DNA of 53,390 nt from Candidatus Lloydbacteria bacterium CG22_combo_CG10-13_8_21_14_all_47_15 (GTDB taxonomy: Bacteria; Patescibacteriota; Minisyncoccia; Phycocordibacterales; 21-14-all-47-15): NCBI GenBank assembly GCA_002771515.1, contig PCTL01000021.1, positions 1-53,390 of the forward strand, given 5' to 3'. Positions 46,421 through 53,390 of the stretch are shown here, piece after piece. Made by a program: the position numbers and the translations under genes. Under the pieces are notes generated by a model. The model was not told where the DNA came from. It saw only the letters and a program-made list of their open reading frames with translations, and did not search any database. Position 1 is the first letter of the stretch; each line of letters opens with the position of its first letter.

Positions 46421-47269
46421 ATGAAAAAATTTGAAAAGTTTGAAACACCAGTGCAAAACAGCATGGAAGAGCGTGCGTATTTTGAAAGAGTAAAGGATGT
46501 GAACAAATTTCTCGGGACAATTGCCGGCGAACTGCGCCGCGAGAATATACCGGTTGACGATGAAGCGCGAATTACCATTGGCGCTTTTGCCGATGCTTAC
46601 CCTGATACAAAGAAAGACATGCTGGAAATCAAGGCACTCCAGCGTAAATTTAATCAAAATGTGCCCGCGTCCGAGGCGCATGAGAAACGGCTGGAATCAA
46701 AAGGTGAACAACTTGAAATCCTTGCGGCAATCGCGCTCTTTAAAAAACTGCGCAACCGTTTTATTGTCGCGCGGACATCGCTATACGACGATTACAAAAA
46801 CAAAGTTGATATGCTTATTATAGAGCGCGCCACTAATACTCCGCTCTGCACAATAGACGAAGTGAGCGCGATAGGCGGACCGAAGTTTGAGCAAAAGAAA
46901 GCATTTACGCTTGAGCAAAACGGCAGACGGCATGGAGCCACCGTGAAATACGGTCTGTCTGTAAGCGAGGATGGTACGCAAATCGACAAAACAGAAATGT
47001 TGCACATCCCGTCTTTCTATCTACCGCTCCCTCCCGATCGGCTTGCCGCCGGCATGAAAGAGGTTGAATTGTCTCTGGAAAAAGAATCCGAATTTGAAAA
47101 CAACTTTTTTGAATACTTTAAAACGACAATCGCCGCCCAAACCGCCGGCGCGCTTTTCGCATACCCTAATATGGACAACACTATGAAAAAGCGGCTCATC
47201 GCGCTCCAAGACGCAATCGCGAATATGGACAATACTATGGAAGCAACCACGGGAAAAACCGCGCTCTAG
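46421..47269 (+). CDS. Hypothetical protein (282 aa)
   Basis: A clean ORF with no recognised motif. It contains an internal NMDNTM duplication near the C-terminus. Confidence 0.55.
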   Translation: MKKFEKFETPVQNSMEERAYFERVKDVNKFLGTIAGELRRENIPVDDEARITIGAFADAYPDTKKDMLEIKALQRKFNQNVPASEAHEKRLESKGEQLEILAAIALFKKLRNRFIVARTSLYDDYKNKVDMLIIERATNTPLCTIDEVSAIGGPKFEQKKAFTLEQNGRRHGATVKYGLSVSEDGTQIDKTEMLHIPSFYLPLPPDRLAAGMKEVELSLEKESEFENNFFEYFKTTIAAQTAGALFAYPNMDNTMKKRLIALQDAIANMDNTMEATTGKTAL

Positions 47270-47271
47270 CA

Positions 47272-47652
47272 CTAAAAGCCAAGCCGTTCCGGCGGAATCG
47301 GACCTGAAAGCGCGACAACGCCATGGAACGCGTTGTCCGGACCTGTAAAACGCGGTTCAATATGGCGCGGGTCAATGTCTAACACATGTACAGCCACGCG
47401 TTCCTCTCCTTCCGGCAGAAGCGCCTCACGACCGAATGTACCAACAAGCATATCTCCGGCTTCCGGCACCCATGTCGCGTGCGGAGCAAGCCCGCGCGAG
47501 AGCACGGAGAGATAGCGTTTCTTCACCGTCACCACCGGACGCTCGCCTTTTTCGTACCGCGCGAGGATATATTCACGCGCTTCGTCAATATCTTCCGGAC
47601 GGAACGCCGGAATTTCATGCTGGTTAACGCTTTGTCCTGTTTCAAACCCCAT
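47272..47652 (-). CDS. Hypothetical protein (126 aa)
   Basis: The ORF lies downstream of uvrD and in the same direction. The start is taken at ATG 47652 to avoid overlapping the uvrD stop. Confidence 0.5.
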   Translation of the reverse strand: MGFETGQSVNQHEIPAFRPEDIDEAREYILARYEKGERPVVTVKKRYLSVLSRGLAPHATWVPEAGDMLVGTFGREALLPEGEERVAVHVLDIDPRHIEPRFTGPDNAFHGVVALSGPIPPERLGF

Positions 47653-47674
47653 ACGCTGTATACTACACCGTCTC

Positions 47675-49615
47675 TCAATCAAAATAAATTGTTTTTAAGC
47701 GTTCAATCGGAGGCGCATCGGGTACTTCAAGTTCAAGGTACGCCGTATCAATATCGTGTAAAAATTCCGATGGAAGATTAACTTGTTTTGAGCCAAAAAT
47801 AGTGCGGAGACCGGCATAAGAAAGATGAAGTTTTTCTTTCGCGCGCGTCAGCGCGACATAGAAAAGCCGCCGCTCTTCTTCGCGTTGCGCTTGGTCAAGC
47901 TCCGGAGAGCCGAGGTTTACATGTGGAAACAAATCCTGTTCAAGACCCGTAACGAACACATGCTCAAATTCAAGCCCTTTCGCAGCATGCACGGTCATTA
48001 ATTTCACGCCGTTTCTCTTGTCAGTACGCTCATCAAGCGAATCCTGGTCGCTTGCGAGCGCCGCGTCCGAAAGAAGCGCCGCAATCCCTTCTTCCGGCGG
48101 AAGAGCATCGTACTTCACCGCGAGCGTGGCGAGCTCGTGTATGTTTTCAAGCCGCTCGCGTTCGTCATCGGTGCCCCCTTTAAGCGTATCCTCAAGACCT
48201 GTCAATCTCACCGTCTCCCGTATCGCTTCGCTCGGTTGTTTTTCGGATATGCGCGCGCGGATATCGGCAAGCAGTGTTTTGAGAGCGGTAAAGCGTTCGC
48301 GCATTTTTGCCGGAAGCTCGTCCGCGCGACCGCTTGCGATTTTTGCAAACGATACCTTGCCGATTCCACGCGGCGGCACATTAATAATACGCTTTAGGTC
48401 GGTAATGCTTTGAGGGTTCACCGCCGCGCGGAGATATGAGAGTATATCTTTGATTTCTTTCCGTTCAAAGAAGCGAACTCCCAATACCTGATACGGAATG
48501 TGCGCTGAAAGCATCGCTTCTTCAAGCGCGCGCGATTGGAAATTCGCGCGATAGAGAATGGCTATATCATCCGGCTTCACGCCGTTGTCGCGAAGCTCAA
48601 TTATTTTTTCGGCAATAAACCGCGATTCGTCAACTTCGTCAAAAGCCTCATATAGGCCTATCCTCTCGCCTTCTTTATTGTTCGTGTAAAGATTCTTTTC
48701 TTTCCGTTCAATATTTTTTTTGATAACATCGTTCGCCGCCGCAAGAATTGTCTTCGTAGAGCGGTAATTTTCTTCAAGGAGAACAACCGGCGCATCTGGA
48801 TAATCTTTTTCAAAGTTCAATATATTTCTAAAATCTGCCCCGCGCCAGCTATAAATTGACTGGTCCAGATCGCCAACAACGCAAATATTTTTGCGTTCGC
48901 CGGCAAGCAGGCGCGATAGATTATATTGGAGGACATTCGTATCTTGATACTCATCTATGTGGATATACATGAACCTATCGTGGTATGTGTTGCGCACCTC
49001 TCTATGGTCACGCAAAAGTTCGTGGGTTTTCAGTAGAAGGTCATCAAAATCAAGCGCGCTCTCCTTCGTAAGCGCGGCATCGTACACTTCCCACACGCGC
49101 GCTACCTGCCGCGGAAAATAGTCGTTGTCAGCTTCTGCCTGATATACTGCAAGCGACACACCGTCGCCTTTCTGCCGTGAAATCGCATTCTTCATCCTGC
49201 GCGGTTCAAATTGCTTCAGGTCAAGCCCAACTTCTTTTATCGCCGTTTTGACGGCGGCAAGCGAATCAGTATCGTCAAAGATGGAAAAATGCTTCGGCAC
49301 TCCGACAAACCGCCCGGATTCGCGGAGAATACGAACCGAGAGCGCGTGGAATGTAGCGACAAGCGGACCGCTCTCTGTTTCGCGCGCACCTGCACGCGCA
49401 AGAAAAACGCGCTCGCGCATCTCGCGCGCTGCTTTATTTGTAAAAGTAATCGCCAAAATAGCCCCTGGCGCCACACCTTGTTCAATCAAATAGAGTATCC
49501 GATGGACAATGGTCTTTGTTTTGCCGGCGCCGGCGCCGGCAATAATCAAAAGCGGCCCCTCCGTATGGAGTACCGCTTTTTTTTGCGCCTCATTCAACTC
49601 TGATTCATGCGCCAT
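47675..49615 (-). CDS. UvrD/PcrA-family ATP-dependent DNA helicase
   Basis: Walker A AGAGAGKTKT, motif II IHIDEYQDTN, and the later motifs VMTVHAAKGLEF and YVALTRAKE. Confidence 0.9.
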   Translation of the reverse strand: MAHESELNEAQKKAVLHTEGPLLIIAGAGAGKTKTIVHRILYLIEQGVAPGAILAITFTNKAAREMRERVFLARAGARETESGPLVATFHALSVRILRESGRFVGVPKHFSIFDDTDSLAAVKTAIKEVGLDLKQFEPRRMKNAISRQKGDGVSLAVYQAEADNDYFPRQVARVWEVYDAALTKESALDFDDLLLKTHELLRDHREVRNTYHDRFMYIHIDEYQDTNVLQYNLSRLLAGERKNICVVGDLDQSIYSWRGADFRNILNFEKDYPDAPVVLLEENYRSTKTILAAANDVIKKNIERKEKNLYTNNKEGERIGLYEAFDEVDESRFIAEKIIELRDNGVKPDDIAILYRANFQSRALEEAMLSAHIPYQVLGVRFFERKEIKDILSYLRAAVNPQSITDLKRIINVPPRGIGKVSFAKIASGRADELPAKMRERFTALKTLLADIRARISEKQPSEAIRETVRLTGLEDTLKGGTDDERERLENIHELATLAVKYDALPPEEGIAALLSDAALASDQDSLDERTDKRNGVKLMTVHAAKGLEFEHVFVTGLEQDLFPHVNLGSPELDQAQREEERRLFYVALTRAKEKLHLSYAGLRTIFGSKQVNLPSEFLHDIDTAYLELEVPDAPPIERLKTIYFD

Positions 49616-49657
49616 CTTGTGTACTATAGCACACCCGCATCCGGTATCTCTTTAATG

Positions 49658-51082
49658 CTATTTTTTTGATATACGCCCAATGTATTCACCGACTGTTTCT
49701 GCACGGTCACGCGCACCGGTTTTTTCAAGTGGCATACCGCTTGTTTTTGATATTTCCTCCAAATATTTCTGAAGATACGACAACGGTGAGTCAGTATCAA
49801 AATCCATCTCATCAAGCAATTCATTGGCCGGCTTCCCCGAAAGCTTTTGCCACTCGCTATCCCAATTCTTTGGCAATTCCCCGCCTGCAAGCATTTTGAC
49901 GCGTTCTTTCATTGCTTCAAGTATATCGGGAGAAAATTCAGCCAACATCACACCACTGTTCCCGACCGGCGGCTCGGATATATGCTTGATGCTCTCGTCG
50001 TCAATATTAAGTGCCGATTCAGGCGCTATTTTGCCACCGACACTGTCGGCAGATTTCAAAATATTCTTTGTGTCCCGCAACGCCCGTGCCGCATCCTCAA
50101 CTTTTTTCTTTTCCTCCTCTTCCAATGCTTTCAGCCGAGCTTCTTCTTTCTTTTTTTCCGCTTCAGCAAGACGCGTCAAGCGTTCCTTCTCCGCCCGCAA
50201 TTTTTCAAGCACTTCGGCAAGCGCGCGTTCCGCAGTATCCATGCCTTCAGTACCGCCACTGTCTATTACATGCTTGAGTAAATTCCGCGCTTCATAAATT
50301 TTCTGCTCCACTTCTTTAAGAGATTGCGCTGGTTTTTCAAACGATATCATCGGGCCGTTGTATTCAAGAACCGCAGCCGCGAGCTTGCCCGCTTCATGCG
50401 GACGAAAACGGCTCGCACGCCGTTCTTTTACATCTTCTTTTATGCGCGTTGTTTCTTCCGTTGCTTCTGTCCGAGCTCCTTCCCGTGGCTTGTATGCATC
50501 AAGTTGTTTGGGAAATGCCGGCGACCCGTATGGCAATCTCACCGACTTCATGTCTTGTTGATTAAGCTTGACCGTTTCATCTGTCGCGTACGCTGACACA
50601 AGCCCGCTCAAATTTTTTCTGCTCTGCGTACGCACCTCTTCTTGTCGGATGCGTTTTTCTTCCTGAAAAGAAGGCCGCATTGCCGAAACTTCCTTTACTG
50701 GCATTTCCTGCGCCGGTGATTTGTTTTCCCGATGTTCATGTGACGACTCATACGCATGTGGCGACTCATGCGTGATATCTTTTTTTATTTGCCGGAGAAC
50801 GGCAAGATTTTTTTTGCCGATACCAAACATCTCACCATGCTCTCCGGGACGCCGCTCACGCGATACTTCCCGCTCGCGCGACTTCTTCATTTCCGAATCA
50901 ACATCAATGTCAACCTGTGCTTCAGCCGCTATCGGCAAATTTGCCGGCACGGATGCCTCCGGATTTTTCGGCGTATTTGTTGCGACAATATGTTCTGATT
51001 CATTCTCAACACTGTCATTCTGCCCGAGAATTTTCTCCGGCATACCTGCGTCAGATTCCAAAGAGGGCTTTTCCTGATTCAT
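49658..51082 (-). CDS. Hypothetical highly charged, probably disordered or coiled-coil protein
   Basis: It is Glu/Lys/Arg-rich with no TM segment. A coiled-coil stretch reads LRAEKERLTRLAEAEKKKEEARLKALEEEEKKK. Confidence 0.55.
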   Translation of the reverse strand: MNQEKPSLESDAGMPEKILGQNDSVENESEHIVATNTPKNPEASVPANLPIAAEAQVDIDVDSEMKKSREREVSRERRPGEHGEMFGIGKKNLAVLRQIKKDITHESPHAYESSHEHRENKSPAQEMPVKEVSAMRPSFQEEKRIRQEEVRTQSRKNLSGLVSAYATDETVKLNQQDMKSVRLPYGSPAFPKQLDAYKPREGARTEATEETTRIKEDVKERRASRFRPHEAGKLAAAVLEYNGPMISFEKPAQSLKEVEQKIYEARNLLKHVIDSGGTEGMDTAERALAEVLEKLRAEKERLTRLAEAEKKKEEARLKALEEEEKKKVEDAARALRDTKNILKSADSVGGKIAPESALNIDDESIKHISEPPVGNSGVMLAEFSPDILEAMKERVKMLAGGELPKNWDSEWQKLSGKPANELLDEMDFDTDSPLSYLQKYLEEISKTSGMPLEKTGARDRAETVGEYIGRISKK

Positions 51083-51209
51083 ACAGATAATTATACGGTT
51101 TTTAATGCTCCGCCACAATGAGACCGCTTATCCACATGCAGGTGGGTTGCCGATTGACTTTTGCCTCCATTTTGATAAAATGAACTTTACTACGGCAGAG
51201 TCAGTAATT

Positions 51210-51241
51210 CTCAAAAATGGCTTCGTTGAGCCATTTTTGAG
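51210..51241 (+). promoter_or_regulatory. Perfect 13-bp hairpin enclosing an ATG and a TGA, in the leader of the M23 peptidase gene
   Basis: CTCAAAAATGGCT - TCGTTG - AGCCATTTTTGAG. All 13 pairs are Watson-Crick and were checked base by base. Confidence 0.4.
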
Positions 51242-51597
51242 AAAAGCTTTCTTGAGAAACGCTTAACCAAGGGCTTATTCAAACACCCGAAAAAGACCCC
51301 GATTTACCGGATTATCCGAACAGTTTAGAGAATAATCGGGAACCAAAGGATAGAACAGGCCATGGCGTTTCTTTTGCCAAAACGCTTCTTTTTGTATCTA
51401 TTGCATTTGTACTGTATTTCGGTATTCCAGCACCAACCCATGCCGGTTTTTTTGATTTTCTAGGATCGCTATTCAAAAATAATAACAATAACGATATTTC
51501 CAAAGAACAGGTAGTCAATTCCCAAAATGTCCAGCTCCTTGCGGCCGCGCTCAATTACGACCCGAACCCATCAAAGGGCGGTGGTGGCATCACTATC

Positions 51598-52392
51598 GTG
51601 GAAGGTGGGGCGTTATTGCCGGATTCCGGGCCACTAGGCACAATTGCAGATATTGAAGACGGCCATAAATCAGACCAGATCAGTATATACATCGTGCGTG
51701 AAGGCGACTCACTTTCGCAGATTGCAAAAATGTTCGGCGTCACAACAAACACGATTATCTGGGCAAATGACATCAAGCGGGGAGATCTTATCAGTATCGG
51801 CCAAGAATTGGTCATTCTGCCGATTTCGGGCGTACGACACACAGTTGAGAAAGGGGACACGCTACGCTCCATCGTCAAAGAATACAGTGGAAATCTTGAA
51901 GAAATTATGGAGTTTAATGACTTATCGGAAAATACAGTGCTCACCATTGGCGATATCGTTGTTATTCCAGACGGCGAAATTACAACACCGACATACAGTA
52001 CGGCATCTTCACAAACTTCCGTACAGAACACCGGAGGACCTTCATATGACAACTACTATATCAGACCGCTCTCCGGGGGCGTAAAAACGCAGGGCATTCA
52101 TGGCTACAACGGCGTTGATATCGGCGCGCCTGTCGGCACTCCTATATTTGCATCGGCAGGCGGAAATGTAATCATTAGCAGAAGTCAGGGATGGAACGGT
52201 GGTTATGGCACATACATCGTCATCAAACACGACAATGGTACGCAGACGCTGTATGCACACAATTCGGAAAATATCGTACGAACCGGCTGGCATGTGGTAC
52301 AAGGACAGGTCATCGGCTATGTTGGCTCTACAGGTAAATCAACCGGACCGCACCTACACTTTGAAGTCCGCGGTGCAAAAAATCCATTTTAA
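51598..52392 (+). CDS. LysM-domain M23-family metallopeptidase. These coordinates are the minimal ORF from GTG; the true N-terminus probably lies upstream.
   Basis: Two LysM repeats (YIVREGDSLSQIAKMFG and HTVEKGDTLRSIVKEY). M23 motifs IKHDNGTQTLYAHNS and GPHLHFEVR. The same frame stays open back to 51256 and encodes a signal anchor (AKTLLFVSIAFVLYFGIPAPTHA) with no ATG, GTG or TTG before it. Confidence 0.85.
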   Translation: MEGGALLPDSGPLGTIADIEDGHKSDQISIYIVREGDSLSQIAKMFGVTTNTIIWANDIKRGDLISIGQELVILPISGVRHTVEKGDTLRSIVKEYSGNLEEIMEFNDLSENTVLTIGDIVVIPDGEITTPTYSTASSQTSVQNTGGPSYDNYYIRPLSGGVKTQGIHGYNGVDIGAPVGTPIFASAGGNVIISRSQGWNGGYGTYIVIKHDNGTQTLYAHNSENIVRTGWHVVQGQVIGYVGSTGKSTGPHLHFEVRGAKNPF

Positions 52393-52431
52393 CATCTGAT
52401 TGTACATTGCTTTTTCGTGACAATACGCTAT

Positions 52432-52462
52432 AAAAATACACAGAATATTCTGTGTATTTTTT
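52432..52462 (+). terminator. Rho-independent terminator after the M23 peptidase gene
   Basis: Palindrome ATACACAGAATATTCTGTGTAT followed by TTTTTT. Confidence 0.7.
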
Positions 52463-52481
52463 AATAAAAAGGAGCGCTACA

Positions 52482-52748
52482 ATGGAGCACCTGCGAGGAC
52501 GGTATGTGAGGATTATTTTTGAAGAAGGCGTGTATGCCTTCTGCCGAAAGCAGAATAAAATCAACACAAACAATAAATTGATTTTTTTCTCCGACGACGA
52601 GACTTTGGGTTGGCGCAGAATATACGATGCTGTAGGGTATGTACTCAAAACATCACAAAAAGAAATCTGTATTACACACTCAAAAGATATAACGGAAAGT
52701 GCGGTTGAAATCCCGATAGAGTATATTGCATACTGCACGCCAATCTAA
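52482..52748 (+). CDS. Hypothetical small protein (88 aa)
   Basis: AAGGAG lies 7 nt upstream of ATG 52482. The ORF is bracketed by terminators on both sides. No recognised motif. Confidence 0.45.
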   Translation: MEHLRGRYVRIIFEEGVYAFCRKQNKINTNNKLIFFSDDETLGWRRIYDAVGYVLKTSQKEICITHSKDITESAVEIPIEYIAYCTPI

Positions 52749-52763
52749 TGGCGTAGTTTTACA

Positions 52764-52790
52764 AAACACCGTTCTGCCGAGCGGTGTTTT
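52764..52790. terminator. Bidirectional terminator-like hairpin
   Basis: AAAACACCG / CGGTGTTTT with a 10-nt loop. It overlaps the comM stop codon. Confidence 0.55.
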
Positions 52791-53390
52791 ATGTTTCATC
52801 GGATTTTTGGCGGTACGATAGCGCTTCCATAATATGCCCTGCCGCTATGTCCCGCGCGTTGTCCAAGTCGGCAATCGTTCGCGCAAGTTTAATGATTTTG
52901 TGATACGCGCGGGCAGAAAGATCGTATGTGCGCGCCGCGTCCTGAAGCACTTCCCTCACATCATCGTCAAGCGGCGCGGTATGCTCAATGTCGTAGAGAC
53001 GCATTCTACTGTTCAAAACGCCGGCGCGCGCTTTTTGTACAACCCGTGCCCGGCACACCCTGCTACACACATCCGCCGTATCGCTTGCATGCACACCCGC
53101 TCTTTTTTCGCCGAGTTTTTCATACTCCACAGGTCCGACAGAAAGAAAAATATCAATTCGGTCAATAATCGGGCCCGATACTTTCCGCGCGTAACGGATG
53201 CGCTCATGCGCCGAGCACATGCACGCTTTTCGCGGATGTCCGTAGTTCCCGCAGGGGCATGGATTCATCGCCGCAACCAGAATAAAGTCAGCGGGGAACA
53301 CGAGCGATGCGCGCACGCGCGCGATACTTACCGTCTGCTCCTCAAGTGGCTGGCGTAGCGATTCAATCACACGCCTATCAAATTCTGGAA
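52789..53390 (-). CDS. comM: YifB/ComM-family Mg-chelatase-like AAA ATPase. C-terminal part only: the 5' end lies beyond the right edge of the window.
   Basis: ESLRQPLEEQTVSIAR, AAMNPCPCG and SGPIIDRIDI, plus a C-terminal ChlI-like helical domain. The frame is open to the window edge. Confidence 0.9.
   Translation of the reverse strand, partial: PEFDRRVIESLRQPLEEQTVSIARVRASLVFPADFILVAAMNPCPCGNYGHPRKACMCSAHERIRYARKVSGPIIDRIDIFLSVGPVEYEKLGEKRAGVHASDTADVCSRVCRARVVQKARAGVLNSRMRLYDIEHTAPLDDDVREVLQDAARTYDLSARAYHKIIKLARTIADLDNARDIAAGHIMEALSYRQKSDET

Noticed and set aside
51181-51260. Possible alternative genetic code (UGA read as Gly, as in some CPR lineages). This would let the M23 peptidase start at ATG 51217 through two in-frame TGA codons.
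   Set aside because: Conserved genes elsewhere in the window are intact under the standard code. TGA also terminates conserved genes at natural ends, for example comEC at 3112-3114. Global recoding is therefore not supported. The local anomaly is reported as a finding instead.
51120-51360. A cyclic-di-AMP (ydaO-type) riboswitch upstream of the cell-wall hydrolase gene.
   Set aside because: This was a plausible association from known biology. I could not recognise the pseudo-symmetric ACGGGGA/CCCGA-type core by eye, so it cannot be supported without an Infernal scan.
1-53390. CRISPR arrays, IS elements or transposases, and rRNA genes.
   Set aside because: No regularly spaced direct repeats, no terminal inverted repeats with a transposase ORF and no rRNA-like sequence turned up on reading either strand.

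Overview
The window reads as a gene-dense chromosomal segment from a small-genome bacterium. Gene content suggests a Candidate Phyla Radiation / Patescibacteria (Parcubacteria-like) organism, but that is inference only, since no rRNA is present. The standard genetic code fits, because TGA ends well-conserved genes at natural termini.

Recognisable housekeeping genes:
- recJ, rnhA, a HIT protein, pgk, tpiA, nusA
- membrane H+-pyrophosphatase, trigger factor, clpP, RNase Y, HU, tRNA-Gly(UCC)
- alr, yidC, jag, lnt, rsmA/ksgA, a uvrD/pcrA-type helicase, a LysM-M23 peptidase, comM/yifB (partial)

Two envelope-machine clusters stand out:
1. A type IV pilus block at 9.8-15.5 kb: pilB, pilC, three prepilin-like genes and a PilX-like gene.
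2. A ten-gene, co-directional, minimal T4SS-like cluster at 32.3-42.3 kb. It has a VirB2-like pilin, a PrgI/VirB3-like protein, VirB4, a VirB6/TrbL-like protein and six uncharacterised secreted or membrane proteins. There is no coupling protein, relaxase or integrase.

Other notable points:
- ComEC is split. Its channel gene and its MBL-domain gene are separated by a DinJ/YafQ-type toxin-antitoxin pair and a tryptophanase-family lyase.
- An AT-rich two-gene islet lies next to tRNA-Gly. It encodes a beta-helix protein carrying a subtilisin-prodomain-like tail and a C-terminally short, membrane-anchored S8 peptidase, and it is bracketed by copies of an AGGTTCWAA motif.
- The trigger factor lacks its PPIase domain.
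- NusA carries an insertion and a tandem acidic tail.
- The signal peptide of the M23 peptidase has no usable in-frame start codon.

I saw no CRISPR array, rRNA, transposase or integrase. All coordinates and motifs come from reading the sequence and the ORF track by eye. No database search was run.
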